This document shows, piece by piece, positions 61,424 to 64,000 of a DNA stretch of 64,000 nucleotides. The notes under the pieces were generated by a model. The model did not search any database, was not told the DNA's origin, and saw nothing but the letters and a program-made list of their open reading frames with translations. The translations under genes were made by a program, and so were the position numbers. The stretch is from Rubripirellula sp. (GTDB taxonomy: Bacteria > Planctomycetota > Planctomycetia > Pirellulales > Pirellulaceae), in contig OZ244207.1 of NCBI GenBank assembly GCA_965216875.1, positions 1,920,001-1,984,000 of the forward strand, written 5' to 3'. How positions within the stretch are numbered: the stretch's first letter is position 1; each line of letters begins with the position of its first letter.

Positions 61424-63340
61424 CTAGAGCGCGGCTGGCTTGTCTGTTTCGCTTTCGATCGGAACGATCCGTCTGCCGTCGGCGGGAATTCCAATTCGCT
61501 CACGCAGCTCGGCCTGCAGTCGCGCGCCTTCCAATTTCAAGTATTGAATGCGTGCAAGATTTCGCCGTTCCGAAAGAGGATGCGTCGCGCTGACGATCTG
61601 TAGCGCCGTGTTGTTTGAAGGCAAAAGCTCTTGAGCTGCCTTGGTTTCGGCCAGATTCACTTTCAGACGATTGAACAGACTTTGAATCGCGCTATCGCGA
61701 TGTTCGGCGTCTTCTGTTTGCTCATCGCTTGAATTGGACCTCGCTGCTTCCTGAGCCCATTCGAGTGTCATTTCCCAATCGAGGTTCTTCCGGCCGGTGG
61801 CATTCGCAGAAGGACGCACATCGGCGGCGGTTGAGTCATTCGCTGGCGACGATGGTGTTGCAGGTTGAGCAACCGGCTGAGGTTTCGACTCGATTAGGTT
61901 GATCAAACGCTTGACATCAGCGTGCAGAGCGGCGACTTCTTCCCGCAATTGATTCAGCGACGCGTCATTGCCCTTTTGGGGCCGGACGCTGGATTCCTTG
62001 GGAGACTCGGTAGCTTTCTTTGCCGAAACGATAGAGATGTCGTTGATCACGCGAGGGCAATAGTCTTCGGCGACGCAGACAACGACGAGTGCTGTGCGTT
62101 CATCCAGGTTTCCACGCAGGATGACCGATGAGTTCAATTCCCTAACAACGATTTCATCGTTGGGGAAGAGTTCATCGATTGCCGCTTTGAGTCGACGAAA
62201 AGCATCCGAGACCGGTTCTTCTGCCGCGTTGGACCTGACCTCATCGCTTCGGCCTCCGGCGAATTTTCCCATCAACAAGAGATTGGTTTGGGAGCCACGC
62301 GAGGTGACGCGCGCATTGTCAACTTTGATACCAGGAACTTTGGCAACGGCCTCAAGTACCGAGGGCACCTGTTTGGCGTCCCTGACGACGATTGCGATTT
62401 CAAAGACATCCTCAGTGAGCGAGATGTCCTGCACTTCGCCATCGAACGAATCCTTCACAGCCTTTTCGAGCTGTTGCAGCCTGCCCATGAAACTGTCGTA
62501 GTATTCATAGGCGGTCAGTTGGATATCAAAATCAGTTTCAGGATCGATTGCCACTGGTTTGGGTGGCTGAGGCACGCGGGCAACCAACGTGGGTTTGATG
62601 AGCACGACAAGCGACTGGTCGACGCGTGTGTGCGCCTGGAGACCGATCGTTTGATCGGGGTGAATGCTCAGCATCGTCTCAATGTCGATAACGTCAATCG
62701 AAGGGAAATCGACTCCATCAATAACGCGTTTTCGATCTTTGCTTATCGACGACTGATCAATTCGCAAACTCAGTTGAATTTCATCACCAACCAGTTCGGG
62801 TAAGCAATTAAGAGAGAGTCCGATCTCCTGGTCCCGCATCTTCCCTTTCTCGGTGTCATCTGGAACGCTTACGACTTGGCCAACTTGAATGCGGGCTGGT
62901 ACGCCTGCCAGGGTCATCACCTTGGGCCGCGAGAGGACGGTCGCAATTCCTTCAGGAGTTGTCAGTTTTTTCAATACGCGTCCGGTGGCATCTGCGCCTC
63001 CTACCAACACCGACGACTGCCCCGGTTCGCCATCAGGCAGTGCTTCTTTCAAGACGCGAGCCAACTCGGCGCTCTTGCCTGCGTTGGATTCGATAATGGC
63101 CATGTCGATATGGATCATCGGTTTGGTCAAATCGCCCGCCGCCAACTGCGGGGCCGGAACCACTTTGGCGACCGGGATCGCTTTGGCGGCCGGAGGTGGC
63201 GCTGGAATTGCCACCGTTTTCGGTCTGGCTTTGAGAGCTTTCAATGACGGAACTTGGGCGAGTACCAAGTCGGGTGTCGCCAACATCATCCACGCGATCG
63301 CGATGGTAATCGTCGAGCTAACATTCAAACGTTTCATCAT
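61424..63340 (-). CDS. Secreted protein with secretin-like domain and downstream BON-like domain
   Basis: VLSRPKVMTLAGVPARIQVG, GLSLNCLP, LVVLIKP; VILRG...VINDI; SD aggag; ATGA overlap. Confidence 0.7.
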   Translation of the reverse strand: MMKRLNVSSTITIAIAWMMLATPDLVLAQVPSLKALKARPKTVAIPAPPPAAKAIPVAKVVPAPQLAAGDLTKPMIHIDMAIIESNAGKSAELARVLKEALPDGEPGQSSVLVGGADATGRVLKKLTTPEGIATVLSRPKVMTLAGVPARIQVGQVVSVPDDTEKGKMRDQEIGLSLNCLPELVGDEIQLSLRIDQSSISKDRKRVIDGVDFPSIDVIDIETMLSIHPDQTIGLQAHTRVDQSLVVLIKPTLVARVPQPPKPVAIDPETDFDIQLTAYEYYDSFMGRLQQLEKAVKDSFDGEVQDISLTEDVFEIAIVVRDAKQVPSVLEAVAKVPGIKVDNARVTSRGSQTNLLLMGKFAGGRSDEVRSNAAEEPVSDAFRRLKAAIDELFPNDEIVVRELNSSVILRGNLDERTALVVVCVAEDYCPRVINDISIVSAKKATESPKESSVRPQKGNDASLNQLREEVAALHADVKRLINLIESKPQPVAQPATPSSPANDSTAADVRPSANATGRKNLDWEMTLEWAQEAARSNSSDEQTEDAEHRDSAIQSLFNRLKVNLAETKAAQELLPSNNTALQIVSATHPLSERRNLARIQYLKLEGARLQAELRERIGIPADGRRIVPIESETDKPAAL

Positions 63341-64000
63341 TCCCACTCCTTTGATTGCTTCGATTTGAACACTTCGAACTGTTTTGAAATTTGTTGAGAA
63401 CGTCGCTGAATGGATTCAGCAGCGTTGTTGAGTTGAGCGTCGCTGTGGCCGTCCAACAGAGCGGTCAATCTGGCGATGTCCTGGTTCATCCGTTCGATCT
63501 GTTCATCAAGAGAACTTGGCGAGGCTGGGGTTTGAGCGCCTGCCCATGCGGAACTGGCAAGCTCGTCAGCCTCCGCTGGCCAGTACCGCACCACCGGCGC
63601 TGCCACCATCACGCCGCCAAAACCAAGGACGACCAGGAGTGTGAATGCGAGCCTGCGGACCAAATTCCAGTGTGATGGGATTGCTTGCGCGCTCACCAGT
63701 TCTTCGACCCTGCGGATGAGGACCGCCGCGTTACCCGTCGCTGGCGCTGCTGCCACTCGTGGAGCCGCGTGCCGGCTTGCCATACTGATCTCGGCGACTC
63801 GCGTGAGCGTTTCGGCCAGGCGATGTCTGGCAACGCCTTGTCCAACTGCCCACCGATCGCTCAAGAACTCAGCGCTCTGTTCGATGCGTCGTGACGCGCA
63901 CCAATTCAAAGGCTGCAGCGGAAAGAGGCGACAAAGGACGCGTGCCAGCGACATCCAAAAAAGATCGGCTCGAACAATGTGCGCTACTTCATGACCGATC
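63337..64000 (-). CDS. M56 (BlaR1/MecR1) family metallopeptidase, 5'-truncated by window edge
   Basis: Reading upstream of the listed ORF gives IGHEVAHIVRAD; also EFLSDRWAV and LIRRVEEL. Confidence 0.88.
   Translation of the reverse strand, partial: IGHEVAHIVRADLFWMSLARVLCRLFPLQPLNWCASRRIEQSAEFLSDRWAVGQGVARHRLAETLTRVAEISMASRHAAPRVAAAPATGNAAVLIRRVEELVSAQAIPSHWNLVRRLAFTLLVVLGFGGVMVAAPVVRYWPAEADELASSAWAGAQTPASPSSLDEQIERMNQDIARLTALLDGHSDAQLNNAAESIQRRSQQISKQFEVFKSKQSKEWE

Overview
64-kb chromosomal window from a planctomycete, most likely Pirellulaceae (inferred from DUF1501, DUF1592/DUF1552 pairs, TIGR02996 and typical REP families). It holds about 50 CDS and no rRNA, tRNA, CRISPR, transposase or integrase that I could recognise. 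Main blocks: (1) an ECF sigma/FecR-headed 14-kb operon with two DUF1592+DUF1552 pairs and metallohydrolase/TIM-barrel genes (2.9-16.9 kb); (2) housekeeping and metabolic genes (pth2, pyrE, moaC, polyprenyl synthase, M42 and M13 peptidases, sulfatase, L,D-transpeptidase); (3) a 1.7-kb islet whose ~105-bp direct repeats duplicate the 3' end of pth2; (4) a run of seven short co-oriented genes bracketed by a 24-bp inverted repeat (40.3-45.2 kb); (5) a long, hairpin-rich non-coding leader (49.9-50.6 kb); (6) the best candidate for a new system, at 57.2-61.3 kb: a truncated RlmN/Cfr-like radical SAM enzyme with Tyr in place of the resolving Cys, divergent from an antitoxin-less AbiEii-type nucleotidyltransferase that is translationally coupled to a TIGR02996-LRR protein. 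Several REP-like palindrome families and two tandem hairpin arrays are present. All family calls come from motif recognition by eye, not from database searches, and start codons are best guesses.
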